NCBI GenBank assembly: GCA_025594325.1
Contig: JANHCV010000001.1
Span: forward strand, 3,782,001 to 3,846,000
Length of the DNA: 64,000 nucleotides
DNA from: Blastocladiella emersonii ATCC 22665
Taxonomy: Eukaryota > Fungi > Blastocladiomycota
Direction: 5' to 3'
This document shows positions 43,871-55,538 of this stretch, piece by piece. The notes below the pieces were generated by a model. It was not told the origin of the DNA. It ran no database searches and saw only the letters and a program-made list of their open reading frames with translations. The translations under genes and the position numbers were made by a program. Position 1 is the first letter of the stretch. Every line of letters begins with the position of its first letter.

Positions 43871-45181
43871 CCGCGGACGCCCCAGCGGCGGCAGCAGCAG
43901 TAGTAGCGTTGGGTGGGTCGGAATACACGCGGTGTGGCGCAACGCGTCGTCGTTTAGGACCTGAAACTGGGAGACGGTTGGACGGGGAACACGAGCGCTT
44001 GAGGACAAGCTCAGGGGCCACGGTTTTAAGCTCACATCGATCCTCAGTAATCGCACCATGGAAGTTGATGAATCGTTCGCGCGGACCGTCGCCCGCATCG
44101 TGGCCGCGCGAGAGCAGATCGAGGGCGTCGGAGTTACGGTCCGTCGCACGTTGGGCACTGTCGGAATGCCCAACCTCGACCCGTTCCTGCTCCTCGACGA
44201 TTTTGCGTAAGAGAGCGCGTGCTGTCGCGGAAGACCTGAAATTCTTACACGAACGAACGGTAGCGTCGATCCGCCGGCGGGGTTCGCGGATCACCCGCAC
44301 CGCGGGTTCGAGACGGTCTCGTACCTCCTCTCGGGCAGCAGCGAGCACGAGGACTTTGCCGGGCATCGTGGTCGCCTCGGACCGGGCGACCTGCAGTGGG
44401 TGCGTCAGCACCGATCACGCCTTGCACGCCGGCTTACACCGCAAGAGTAGATGACAGCGGGCCGCGGGATCGTGCACGCCGAGGTGCCCACGGGCAAGAC
44501 CACGGCCACGGGCCTGCAGCTGTGGGTCAACCTGCCCGCGTCCGAGAAGATGTGCGAGCCGCGGTACCAGGAGCTGCGCGGCGCCAACCTGCCGCGCGTG
44601 TCGCCGTCTCCCGGAATCGACGTGATCGTGCTTGCGGGCGATGCGTTCGGCGCAGCGGCCAAGGTGCGCACCGCCACGCCCATGTGCTACTTTGACGTGA
44701 CGGTGCAGCCCGGGTCCCGCGTCGCGGTGCCGCTGCCGCCCGCGTACAATGCGCTCGTGTACGTGCTCTCGGGCGCGGTGGTCGTGAGCGGGTCGCGTGA
44801 GGCCAAGGCGCATGAGTGCATCGTCCTAGACTCGGTGCCAAACGGCGCGACCGCATCGCACGTCGACGCGGCCGTGGCCATCGACGCGACCTGTCCCGCG
44901 CGTCTCGTCGTGCTCGGCGGTGAGCCCATCAATGGTGCGTCTTAGGCGCGAGCATGCGTCCGATCAGCTCACATATCACGACCCGAATAGAGCCGATCGT
45001 GCGCCACGGACCGTTCGTGATGAACACGTACGACGAGATCCGCGAGGCCATGGACGACTACCACAACGGCCGCAACGGGTTCGAGCGCGCGCCCAGGTTC
45101 CGCAGCAAGATCGGGAAGCGTGTTGCCGCGGCAGCGGCGGCCTCGGCTGCTTCGACGCGATCCCGAAGCGGGTCGGCCGCC
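43732..45181 (+). repeat. Direct repeat, copy B
   Basis: Matches 26823-28272. Confidence 0.95.
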
Positions 45182-45199
45182 AACGCCGCCTCCAAGTGA
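44058..45199 (+). CDS. Pirin, copy B
   Basis: Same as copy A except the C-terminus (SAANAASK* versus SAAAK*). Confidence 0.95.
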
Positions 45200-45355
45200 A
45201 GCTTGCTGGGCGTGTCTCGCGGGCCAGCTGGCCTCAGCGGCCCGTCTTCGCGCGCGTCAAGCATCCACGGCTGCCTCGCGAATCGTGCTGCGTGACCTGA
45301 CGAGCGAGTCGCGCGAGTGTACAATCAAAAACTACATTTCTACTAGCCCAACCAC

Positions 45356-46401
45356 TCACAACCGACGACCCTTGACGCCCGCGAACCCGGACTGCGCCGC
45401 CTGCCGCGCGGCCGCGGAGCGGCGGCGCATGACGAGCATGGCGGTGGTCGCGGCCGACAGCATGTACCAGGTGACGGCGTACTCGAGGTGGTTGTTGCGC
45501 AGGTTGGCCGTCGGCTCCTTGGGGATCGGCAGGCCGCGCTCGGCGCGCGCCGTCGCGGTCGGGTCCGAGACTAGAGAGAGCGGGACGTGTGAGTTTAACG
45601 GTCAGGGAGAGAAGAGGGGCGGCGTACGCTTGTCACACTGCTCGACGAGCAGCGGCTCGGTGCGCGCGAGCTTGGCCATGGTCGAAACGTCGAGCCAGTA
45701 CCACGTGTTACTCGCCGGTTCGTTCTCGTGGGCCCACGACGGGCGCTAGACGGGCGCAAGGGTCAGCGACGCGAAGCCGATCGTTTCGATGCTAGGACGC
45801 ACCTCGCCAGCGCGCTTGAGCAGACCCACGACGGGGCCCTGGTTCTCGGGGACGGCAGCGTCGAACCGGTCGCGCGACGTGCCGGCGGCCGACCGCGCGA
45901 CCCACCCGCGGTTCACGAGGACCCGCTCGCTACACGGTCCGCGCGCATCAGCCTTACGCTGTCCGACAATTTAAACCTCATCACGCACCCAGTCGCGAGC
46001 TCAAAAGGCGCGACGGCGTGAAACCCGGGCTGTCCCTCGCGCACGCGCGGGCCGACAAGGAACTCGGCCGCGAGGTCGAACTGGCCGTCGAGCCGGACCT
46101 TGGTGTGGTCCGACGGCAAATCCGCGTCGGCAGCGCGCACGGCGAGCGGGACCGGGTCGCGCGCGAGTGCCGCCTCGGTCTGCTTGATCAGGTCCAGCTT
46201 CCACTGCAGCCGGTACACTTGCCACGACCCGAGGCAGAAGGCGGCGGCGGGGAAGGCGGCGAGGAGCGTCATGGGTTGATGCGTTGGGTTGCGTTGCGGG
46301 TAGTCTATCGCCCAAGTTACATGGAGGGGGAGTTGCTTGAAGGGAGGAGAGCGGTCGCTGCGTTGATGGTCGCCGCTTGACGCGATGGGCCTCGCTGCCA
46401 T
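45356..46401 (-). CDS. SHY1: SURF1/Shy1 cytochrome c oxidase assembly protein, multi-exon
   Basis: FCLGSWQVYRLQWK, EFLVGPR, VLVNRGWV, NTWYWLDV, NLRNNHLEYAVTWY. Confidence 0.95.
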
Positions 46402-46600
46402 CGCGTCGTTCAAGCCCGGCAGAGGAATATGACTAGGATTGTTGTATGAACACAGATAGAATGTACAGACTCAACAAAATGAAAGGGGGGCAAAAGGTGA
46501 GGAAGGTGAGGGGGTGATTGGTGTGTGCGGGGGTGAGGGGGGGAATGAGTTACAAGGAGGGGGAGGGGACGGCCAGCCGACGAGACGAGGACGACGTCGC

Positions 46601-48652
46601 TTACGCCGTCACGGCGGCCGACATGGAGTCGATCGAGTCGCGGACGATGCGGGCGACGCGCTCGAGGCTGATGCGCTGGGCAATCGAGACGGACCAGTCG
46701 GTGACGACGTGGTCGCTGTATCCCTCGGCCACGGCCACGTCGATCATGGCGAGGGCCTCGCGCAAGTCGCGGGCCGTGCCGACGCCGTTGTCGAGGCACC
46801 ACGCGAGCGCGATGCACGCCGACGGGTAGCGCTGCGCGGCCGACAGCCGGTACCAGTAGACGGCCGTCTCCGTGTCGACGTCGGTGCCCGTGCCGTGCTG
46901 GTACGAGTGCGCGAGCTTGTTTTGGGCGCCCGCGTGGCCCTGCTCGGCGGCGCGCCGGTACCAGTACAGCGCCTGCTTGTGGTCCTGGTCGACGCCCGTG
47001 CCCGTCGAGTACATGTACGCGAGGTTGTGCTCGGCCCACGGGTTGCCCTGCTCGGCCGCGAACCGGTACCAGCGCACCGCCTCGTCCACGTTCTTGTCGT
47101 CCATGCCGAGCCCCTCCTCGTAAAAGTACCCGAGGCTGTTGGCCGCCAGCGCGTTGCCGCACTCGGCCGCGCGCTTGTACCAGTAGTAGGCCTCGCGCAG
47201 GTCCTTCTCGACGCCGATCGCCTCCTCGCGGCAGTACCCGAGGTTGTACATGGCGACCGTCTCGCCCTTGTGCGCGGCCCGCTCGTAGTACTGGTACGCG
47301 AGCTCCGCGTCCTTGGCGATGCCGAACCCCTCGCCGTAGCAGTACCCCATGATGCCCTCGCCGCGCGGCGAGCCCTGCGCCGCGCTCTGCGCGTACCAGT
47401 GGACCGCCTCCTCGGGCGATTTCTCGACGCCGACGCCGTCGTGGAAGCAGGTGCCGAGCGAGTACTGGGCGGACGCGTCGCCCATGATGGCCGCGGCCCA
47501 CCACAGCCACGCGAGCGGATCGGGTGCGCCGTCGGCGCGGCGGCGCGGGTGTGGGTCGAAGACTGAGGGGTCGTTGCACTCGAGGACGGGCTCGTTGGGC
47601 TCGGCGAGCTGGCGCACGCGCGCCTGCCACTGCTCCGACTCGGCGCGGTTCATGTGCACGTAGGGCCGGCCGTAGCGGCGCAGGAACGAGAGCCGCGCCA
47701 TGGCGAGGGCGCTCCCCGCCTGGGCCGCGCCCATGTAGTAGGGCTCGCACGCGCGGAACGACTGCTCGGTGCCGAGCCCAAATTCGTGGCAGAATCCGAC
47801 CAGCGCGCTCGCCTTGGCCACGCCCGCATCGTCGGCGAGCGCGCGCAGCACGCGGAACGCGCGCGCGTGGTCCTTGGCGCACCCGTCGAGACCGAACAGG
47901 TACGCCTCGGCCGCGCGCAGGTAGTCGGCCTGCACCGTCGGCGAGGTCAGGTCGAGCTGCTGCATCAGGCGGTCCACGTCCGCCAGCGCGGCCGCGTGCA
48001 GCGGCGCGTGCGCGGCGCGCAGGTGCGAGTGGAAGTGGCGGCGCACGGGCGACGACGGCTCGGCCGCCACGGCGTGACCGTAGATTTCGTCCTCGGCGGC
48101 CGCCATGAGCATGTCGGCGACGGCGACCGAGGCGGGCGACTTGGGCTGCGCGTCCCACAGCGACGGGAGCTCGGCGGCCAACGGGGCCGTGATGGCGGGG
48201 GAACGCGGGCTGAGCGGCAGCGCGTAGCCCGAGGCCGAGGCAATGGCGATGGCGGCCTCGAGCTCCTCGGCGAGGGCCATGGTGAAGGAAACCGACGCGG
48301 CCGTGGCCGTCGACGAGTTGGCCAGCGGGGTGCGCGGCAGCGTGCGAGCGGTGCGCAGGCCCGACGACGGGCGCGGCGACACGCTGGGCGACGGCAGCGG
48401 CGTGTGGCGCGAGACGGCGTGCGCGGCGCCGACGGCGGGGCCGCCCGACGTGGTGGTGGTGGCGGAGGTGAGGGACGGGCCGGCCACGTCCGACACTTCA
48501 AGGTCGAGGGCGGACGCCGACGAGGCGAACTTGGGCGACTCGAGCGCGGGCTCGATGGCGGCCACGGCGTCCGGGGCGGTGGCGGTGGACAGGTCGATGC
48601 GCAGGAACGAGGCGGCGCTGGGGGTGGTGCTCGACGTGTCCGTGTTGATCAT
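46601..48652 (-). CDS. Sel1-like repeat protein (Skt5/Chs4-like)
   Basis: Multiple SLR repeats (AQYSLGTCFHDGVGVEKSPEEAVHWYAQSAAQG, AMYNLGYC, AEHNLAYMYSTG) after a Ser/Pro/Ala-rich N-terminus. Confidence 0.9.
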   Translation of the reverse strand: MINTDTSSTTPSAASFLRIDLSTATAPDAVAAIEPALESPKFASSASALDLEVSDVAGPSLTSATTTTSGGPAVGAAHAVSRHTPLPSPSVSPRPSSGLRTARTLPRTPLANSSTATAASVSFTMALAEELEAAIAIASASGYALPLSPRSPAITAPLAAELPSLWDAQPKSPASVAVADMLMAAAEDEIYGHAVAAEPSSPVRRHFHSHLRAAHAPLHAAALADVDRLMQQLDLTSPTVQADYLRAAEAYLFGLDGCAKDHARAFRVLRALADDAGVAKASALVGFCHEFGLGTEQSFRACEPYYMGAAQAGSALAMARLSFLRRYGRPYVHMNRAESEQWQARVRQLAEPNEPVLECNDPSVFDPHPRRRADGAPDPLAWLWWAAAIMGDASAQYSLGTCFHDGVGVEKSPEEAVHWYAQSAAQGSPRGEGIMGYCYGEGFGIAKDAELAYQYYERAAHKGETVAMYNLGYCREEAIGVEKDLREAYYWYKRAAECGNALAANSLGYFYEEGLGMDDKNVDEAVRWYRFAAEQGNPWAEHNLAYMYSTGTGVDQDHKQALYWYRRAAEQGHAGAQNKLAHSYQHGTGTDVDTETAVYWYRLSAAQRYPSACIALAWCLDNGVGTARDLREALAMIDVAVAEGYSDHVVTDWSVSIAQRISLERVARIVRDSIDSMSAAVTA

Positions 48653-49588
48653 GGTCGAGCAGGTCGAGGGCGGGTGGAGCGAGAGAGAGGGCTCTGGAGG
48701 AAGCGAGGAACGAGACGGAATCCGCGACGAGCAGACGGTGGTGGCGCGCGTCGGCCGAGCAGCAGTGAGTAATCAGTCGGCGAACGGCGAACTTCGGACG
48801 ACGAGCTCTGCGTCTGCGTACCGCTCGTCTATGCGTGGGGGGAATGTGGCCGGTCGACGGCGCACGCTCGTGGAATGCAGGCCCCCAGGTCTATCGACGG
48901 TGGCGCGGGGAGTGGCGAATGCTGCTGCAGGCGGAGAAGCAGTGCGGCGAGGCGCAGTGTGCAGGGCAGCGATGGGGGCGTGCTTGAGGAGGGTGCGCGA
49001 GTCGACGGCGATGGGCAAGTTGGGGATTCGTTGGCGAGAGAGGGGGGAGAAGCGGGGAGAAGAGCGAGGGCGGCGGCCAGCAGCCAGCGGCAGCGGTGGT
49101 GGTGGCGCACTCCTCCTGCCGGCTCGCCTTCCTTGCCGTCCCGTCCGTGCTCGCGGCCTGCCCGCCTGGCCAACGACCTCCGCCTCGCACGCTTCCAAGT
49201 CACGGTTCACGAAAATGAATGCGGCTATGCGCTGGCGTCAGCGCACTCGCGTCACGGACGCCTGTGACGCGACGCCACGTCCGCCTGCGCCGCTGAGCAC
49301 CGAGCAACAAGCCCAAGCGGGCCCCCTGAGCGCTCATCTGCCCCGAATGCCGGTTCTGCGATTGTATCGCGAAATTCGGCATCGACCCGGTGCCGCCTGC
49401 GCGAGGACGGCCAAGGCGGATACGAATGCGGACCAGTTCGAGGTCGCGTTCGGCAGCGATCGGCCAGCCAATCAGGAACGCGTCTGCTCACCTGACTGTG
49501 GCTGAGTCGCCTGGCAACGCGTCGCGTGATGTCAGCCACGCGTCCCCGGCAGCCCTGGCGCCCCTCGCTCCGCGATCAATAAAACCAG

Positions 49589-50266
49589 TTGGCGGGCCCC
49601 GCCCACCCACGTCTTGTTTCATTAACACTTATTATCCAGCACAACTTCAAAAGCACCTTTCTCGAGGCGACTCTCGCGAGTTGTCGAAGACGGTCCTGGG
49701 TCGTCCAGTTGATGCAGGAGCGATGCCGCTACGTCGGACACGCAGACAGATTGGGTGCGAGATTGCTGCGGTCAAAGACCGGGTGGGCTTTCTCGCAATT
49801 CTGCTGTGACAATCGCGATCCCTTTGCCGGGGATGTTTTGCTACTTTGGCCTTTGTTTGACGTGAGGGTGGTAGTGTGCGATTGCGCACGGCGACGACTT
49901 GACTTGAGCGGAAATGGTCTTCATGACCAAGTAAGCTTCTACTTCAGCGCGTTCAGCTCGTTGAAGGCCACAGCAAGCTCTCACGGGCATGGATGCCTTC
50001 AGCGACCGACCGCTAACTGCATACCATCAACGGCACCCTCGCCGCCCTCACCTCCCGCGGCCACCGGCAGCCTCCCTGTCCCCTCGATCCCAATCCTGCA
50101 GCTGCCCGACGACGCGCCGCCGCTCAGCCCCGTCGAGACGGACGCGCCGCCGCCCGTGTTCGTGATCACCAGCACGCCATCGTCAGAGTCGCTCGCGAGA
50201 GATGACGGCGACGGCGATGGGCCACCAGTTGTGATTGTTGCTCCGCCTAATGGAGACGAGCTATAG
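49589..50266 (+). CDS. Possible orphan or fragmentary gene
   Basis: 225-aa open frame; only the 3' part (PDDAPPLSPVETDAPPPVFVITSTP) looks coding. Structure unresolved. Confidence 0.2.
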   Translation: MAGPAHPRLVSLTLIIQHNFKSTFLEATLASCRRRSWVVQLMQERCRYVGHADRLGARLLRSKTGWAFSQFCCDNRDPFAGDVLLLWPLFDVRVVVCDCARRRLDLSGNGLHDQVSFYFSAFSSLKATASSHGHGCLQRPTANCIPSTAPSPPSPPAATGSLPVPSIPILQLPDDAPPLSPVETDAPPPVFVITSTPSSESLARDDGDGDGPPVVIVAPPNGDEL

Positions 50267-50286
50267 ACATGCAATTGTTTGGTATA

Positions 50287-53200
50287 TCAACGCTGCTTAC
50301 AGAAGAGCTCGGCGATCTTGATGCTGACCGCTTGCCCAATCTTTTGCTGTGTGGTGAGGCGAACCTGCTTCTCCTTCTCGTAGTCTTCGCTCCAGTTGCT
50401 GAGGAACAGGCCCCGCTCGTCCTCGGCCAGCGCCTGGTAGTTGTCGCGCAGCGCCCGCGGCGTCTTGAAGTAGTTGGCGATGAAGGTGGCCTTCTCCGCC
50501 GTCACGCCGTTCACCATCATGAGCTGCTTGACAAGGTAGGTGTGGACCGTGATCTGGGGCTGCTTGACGAACAGCGCCTGGAAGTCCTCGTACAGCAGGT
50601 GCGGCGAGTGCACGCACCGGTCGATGCTCGCCGCCGTGTTGCAGAACTCGTCCGCGGCGTCGGCTGAGACGGGCCGCAGCGTGCCGTCGGCGGGGTCGAC
50701 GCACCCGTACGACTTGAACTGGGCCCACTCGTCGGCCGAGCGAAACTGGTTCGACGACAGGTAGTACACGGGGCGGCCCGCCCACAGCCGCGCAATCGAC
50801 TTGGTCATCTGCGCGATCAGCGCGACCGTCTCGTCGGCGGACCGCGTCGTCTGCAGGTTCATGCTGTGCCACGCCACGACCTTGGTCGTGGCCGTGACCG
50901 CGGCCTTGCGCTTCGACTCGTCGTTGTCCTTGACCTGGTGGTTCTTGGGCTCGGCCTCGACCAGGTACGTGATCTGCGGCAGCGCCGTCGCCTGCATGCG
51001 CGCCTTTTGCTCGTACCACCGCTTGTCGTTGATGCTGCTGTACAGGTCGTCGAGCCGCTTGCGCTCGGCAATGTAGTCGAGCACAACGTACCCGCACCGG
51101 GCAGCGGCGGCGGCGGTCCCGGGACGCGGCCGCGCGACCCACAGCATGTCGCCGATCGCGAGCGCCTGCTGCTCGACATGGACGCCGAACTCGTTGCGGT
51201 ACCGCGCCATGGACTCGGAGTGGCCCTTGGACGCAAACTCGCGGTGGTCGACGAGCAGGACGACGTCGTACGAGTTGGGCGGTAGCACGTTGATGCGGAA
51301 CGGGGTCCACGTCGGGACAGCGGGCGGCGCGGGCGGCGGTGGCGTCGAGATCAGGCGGGCCTGCGCGATCTGGCTCGACGGCTGGCTCGAGGACGGCTGC
51401 GACGAGGACGGCGGCGACGAGGTCGATGACGAGCGGGAGAGGGAAGAGGATGCCGAGGATGGACGTGACGAGGGTGCTGGTTGGGAGTGCGACTGGGAGT
51501 GTGACTGCGACTGCGACTTGGACTGCGACTGGGACGAGGCGGAAGCGCGAGGCATCGGACTCGCGGTCGCGTGCCGACGCGAAGCTGCAGTTGCTGCTGC
51601 GGCCGATGCGGCGGCAGCGAGTTTGGACGAGGCCGCCTGCGTGCCGTTGGCCTTTTTCTGCGACGCGGGCTGCGGCCGAGGCGGCGAAGATCGAGGTGAC
51701 GGAGCGGCGGCGGAACCGAGCTGCAGGTGCTCGCTGATGAACAACGAATCGCGCCAACCGTCAGCCCTGCCGAGCGAATCGATCATGGGCGACGGGCCGC
51801 AGCGGTTCCGGTTCTGCTCGAGGATCGGCCGAGCCGTGGCGAGACGCGGCTCGAGAATCTCGAGGTTGTCGTCCGAGTCGCTGGACGACTGCGCCGCGGG
51901 CGGACGCCGAGTAGATCGGCCGCCCGCGATGCTGTCGTCGTCGCTGTCGTCGAGGACAACGACCTGGCTCGACGTCGACTTGACCGAGGACTGGCTCGCG
52001 GGGAGGTCGCGCCCGCGCGTGCCCGTGCGGTGCTGGCTCGACTGCGAACCCGAAACCTCCTGCGAGCGGGCTGACGGCGGCGGGCGGGGCTGCGACTCGA
52101 GCTCGTACGGCACCTCCCACTGCGCCTCCATCTCCTTGTCCCAGCGGTCGAGCGGCGACGGACCGATAACGGGAGCGGGACGGGGTGGACGTTGGGCTGA
52201 TGAACTTGCGCCCGTCGAAGCCGACGACGAGGTGCTGGGGCGAACGACAGTCGGAGCGGGTGGCGGCACGCCGTCGAGGGCGGGGATCGACTGCACCTCG
52301 CGGTTGAGCCGGCGCAGCTCGTGGTAAATGGATCGGGCGAGGTCGGTGCCGGCCGCCGTGAGCGAGTGCAGTTTGCCGCTCTCGTCTGACGAGATCATCT
52401 CGTGTTCCCGCAGCCGCTTGATAACGGCCGTCGCCTGGTTATCGACCTTGGCGGTACAGAAGCGGCGCGCGCGCAGAATGAGATCGGCGCGCGTGACCAT
52501 GGCGCGCGGAGGCGTCTCGACCGACCACTCGAGAAAGGCCATAAGGAGCGCGTAGGGGACCGAGCCCTGCATCGGCGGGTTCGCCCGCGAGATGCCGCCG
52601 CGGCTGCGTTTCGGGGCGGGTTCGGCGGCGGCGGCCGAGTCGGTCGAAGCAGCATTCGAGCGTTTGCGCCCGTTTGAGGAGGCAGCAGCCGGCGACGAGG
52701 ACGAAGAAGAAGTAGCAGCGGGAGGTCGCGGGACCGGCTGGACGGCAACAATCTCGTCATCGTCGTCGAACTCGGACTCGGACTCGGGCCGAGGTGGGTT
52801 GCCGAGATGAGCAAAGATTTCAGACGCCGCCTTCTGCGCGTGTGCAGCCGCGGAGAGATTCGTGCGAGGTGCAGCCGCGCTGCTGCGCGAAGACGTCAAG
52901 TCCGGCAGTGGCGGGATCTCGAGCGGCGGCCGTTTCGAGGAGGTCCGCTTCGCAGGTGCGCGTTGCGGCGAGGTTGAGGCTATAAGCGGTCCGAAGCGGT
53001 CAAGATCGCATCGAGCATTGCGTGTCCCAGGAAGGCGTACCTGAGGCCGATCCGCGCTTCGAGCTAGAGGCACCGACGCTGTCGCCGTCTACCCCAAGCA
53101 TGGCGAGCTCCTCATCGATAATCGCGCCGACTACTGGGCCAATACCGTCGACCTTCTGCGCATCCTTCCCGTTTGTAACGAGGGTCGGGTACTGTTTCAG

Positions 53201-53393
53201 CGACCGAATGGCCTTCTCGTAGACGAAGCGCATCCTCGAGTCTGGCTGCTCCCTGAGATAGTACGCCAGTTTATCCTGCGGAGGAGAGCCTGCCATCGTC
53301 AACCACGAAAGCGATGTGGCGGCGTCACCTCACACACACCTGAAGGATCCCGACGATGCGGTCATTGACGCAGCGGCCAGCCTTTGGCGCCAT
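50287..53393 (-). CDS. MUS81: Crossover junction endonuclease Mus81
   Basis: N-terminal HhH (YEKAIRSLKQYP...KVDGIGP), winged helix, ERCC4 domain (LLVDHRE, IGDMLWV, IAERKRLDDL, EQKARM) and C-terminal HhH. Exon 1 starts MAPKAGRCVN at 53393. Confidence 0.95.
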
Positions 53394-54088
53394 GATTCAT
53401 TCGTTTGCATAGACTCTGGGTTGTGATCAAGGTGAAGGGAGTAGTGAGACGCGCAGGTTGAGGCGCCAAGTCGCGGTCGCTCGAAGCGGGAGCAGCCCAA
53501 GTGCCACATGCGCGCGTGATCAGGACGTGATATCGCGACGCGAACCTGTGAGACACGCCGCGAGACATTCGTTCCTGATCACACCCGCACATCCGCGGGT
53601 CCCTCACTATGACGTGCTTGCATCCGGCAGTCACGCTGGGGCCACCAGACGCTCGCCCGTCGCTGAGCCGAGTGGCCCGGACCCAGAACTTCCGTTCGTT
53701 CGCTCATGGGCAATCCCGAGCTCGCGGACGCCACAAGCATCGACGCATCGTCCGCGCACTAAACGCTTACCGAAATGAACTGCCGGAACGGGCGGAGTCC
53801 CGGCGGCGGTGGCGTAGTGGCGGAAGCCCGGAACTACGAACCATGGCGCGCGGCAAGCCATAGCCGTGCACCATCATCCCGCCTGCTCGTTGGATCATTC
53901 ATTACTACACGCGACGCCCCAACGACGTAAATACCCGTGGCCCGCGCTCAGTTTCGTATCCTTACCCGTGGCACGATCTGCTCTCCTTCTCCTCTCCCTC
54001 ACACATCTACCGGCCTGGTGGCCATCCCTACCATTAACGCCCTCCTCAACTGCCCTGCGGCGCACCCCTCACCAACCAGCGCGTCGCC

Positions 54089-55371
54089 ATGGCCGTCAAG
54101 TTCACGGCAGACCTCTCCACGGCAAAGGACTTTATTTTCTTGTGCGGGCTGTGCCTGCAGTTCCTCTCCTTCGTCGCCCTCCTGTACAACCTCTCTGTCG
54201 TCTTTCCACAGTGGAAAAAGAACCGAAGTACATTCTGGCACGCGAGTCTCATCGGCTCCTTGCTGCTCCTGCCCGTCCCGCTCTTCGAGATCTCCTTCGT
54301 GTTGTCGCGGTTCACCAGCGGCACGCTGTGGCCGTTCCCGTCGTACCTGACGATCATCGGCGACGTATTCGTGCGCACCGGTACGTGTTTCGCGTGTGTG
54401 CGGCGCAGCGCGACGTGGCGCGTCCCTGATACTGATCGTGACTCTGATCTCCCTCTAGGCTACGGTATCATCACTGTGTGCCGGTTCCACCGCCTGCGCA
54501 TCGTGTCCCCGCTCCGGCGAAAGACGTCGACGCGCGTCTTCTACGTGGCCGCGACGCTGATCTTCTGCGTGGCGGCGGCGTGCATCTACTCGTCATTCGC
54601 GCTCCGCCTCGCCGAGCTCCCGCTCAAGCTCGGGCAGGCTCCACCCCAGCACGTCCTGGCGCTGCGCGAGCAGGACCGCCTCATCAACTTCATCGCGTTC
54701 TCGTGCTCGACGCTGGCCTCGCTCGCCACCGACTTCCTCTTCTACAACGTGATTGTCGCGAGCACGCTGAGCGTGCAGGATCGGTCCGCGATCTCGCTGC
54801 GCGTCAAGCTCGAGATCATTGGCCCGTACCTGCCCGCCATCGTGACGGGATTCGTGTACATTACGTGCCTTCTCCTCTCGTTCTTCGCGCCATCAATCCC
54901 GTCGATGCAGTTCTCGTCGAACACGCTCGGCAAGCTGATCCCGGCCATCGACTCGGTCATCTTCTACCGGTTCTCGATCCAGCAGACCAAGACGCTGCTC
55001 AAGTCGCTCTCTAGCGGGTCCGGGTCCGCGACGCGGTCGTACGGCGCGTCCTCGATCCCGCTGTCCAAGGTGCGCGGCGGGCACCTCACCTCGTCCACGC
55101 CGTACACGACCACCTCGTCGGTCCCGATGCCGACCTACGCGCCATCGTCTACGGCGCCGTACGTGCCCGACCACAAGGCCGCGTACCCGGCCGTCGGCCC
55201 GCCGCCCGTGTCGACCAACTCGATCCGCAACGAGCCGTACCGTCTGTCGCCCGCCGGCGGGCCTGGTCAGTACCCGCAGCATCAGCAGCCGCAGGCGCCG
55301 CCGGGAGCACGGTACGCGAGCGCGCCATCGCCGCAACCCGCGACACGGTCTGCGCACCGGCCACACCCTCA

Positions 55372-55402
<31 letters not shown>

Positions 55403-55495
55403 TACAGCGCACCAGCATCTCGTGGTCGGAGCCTCCAGGCCAGTCAGAACCGCGACGACGTGTACGAGAGCTTCCCGCGGTCGCGAGGCTTCTGA
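54089..55495 (+). CDS. Orphan 7-TM membrane protein with a Pro/Gln-rich cytoplasmic tail (intron ~54382-54458)
   Basis: Seven hydrophobic segments counted by eye, then a long S/P/Q-rich tail. Confidence 0.7.
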
Positions 55496-55538
55496 GACGG
55501 CGTGCTGTCGTGTAAAATCCTTCATATATCTGCCCCCA

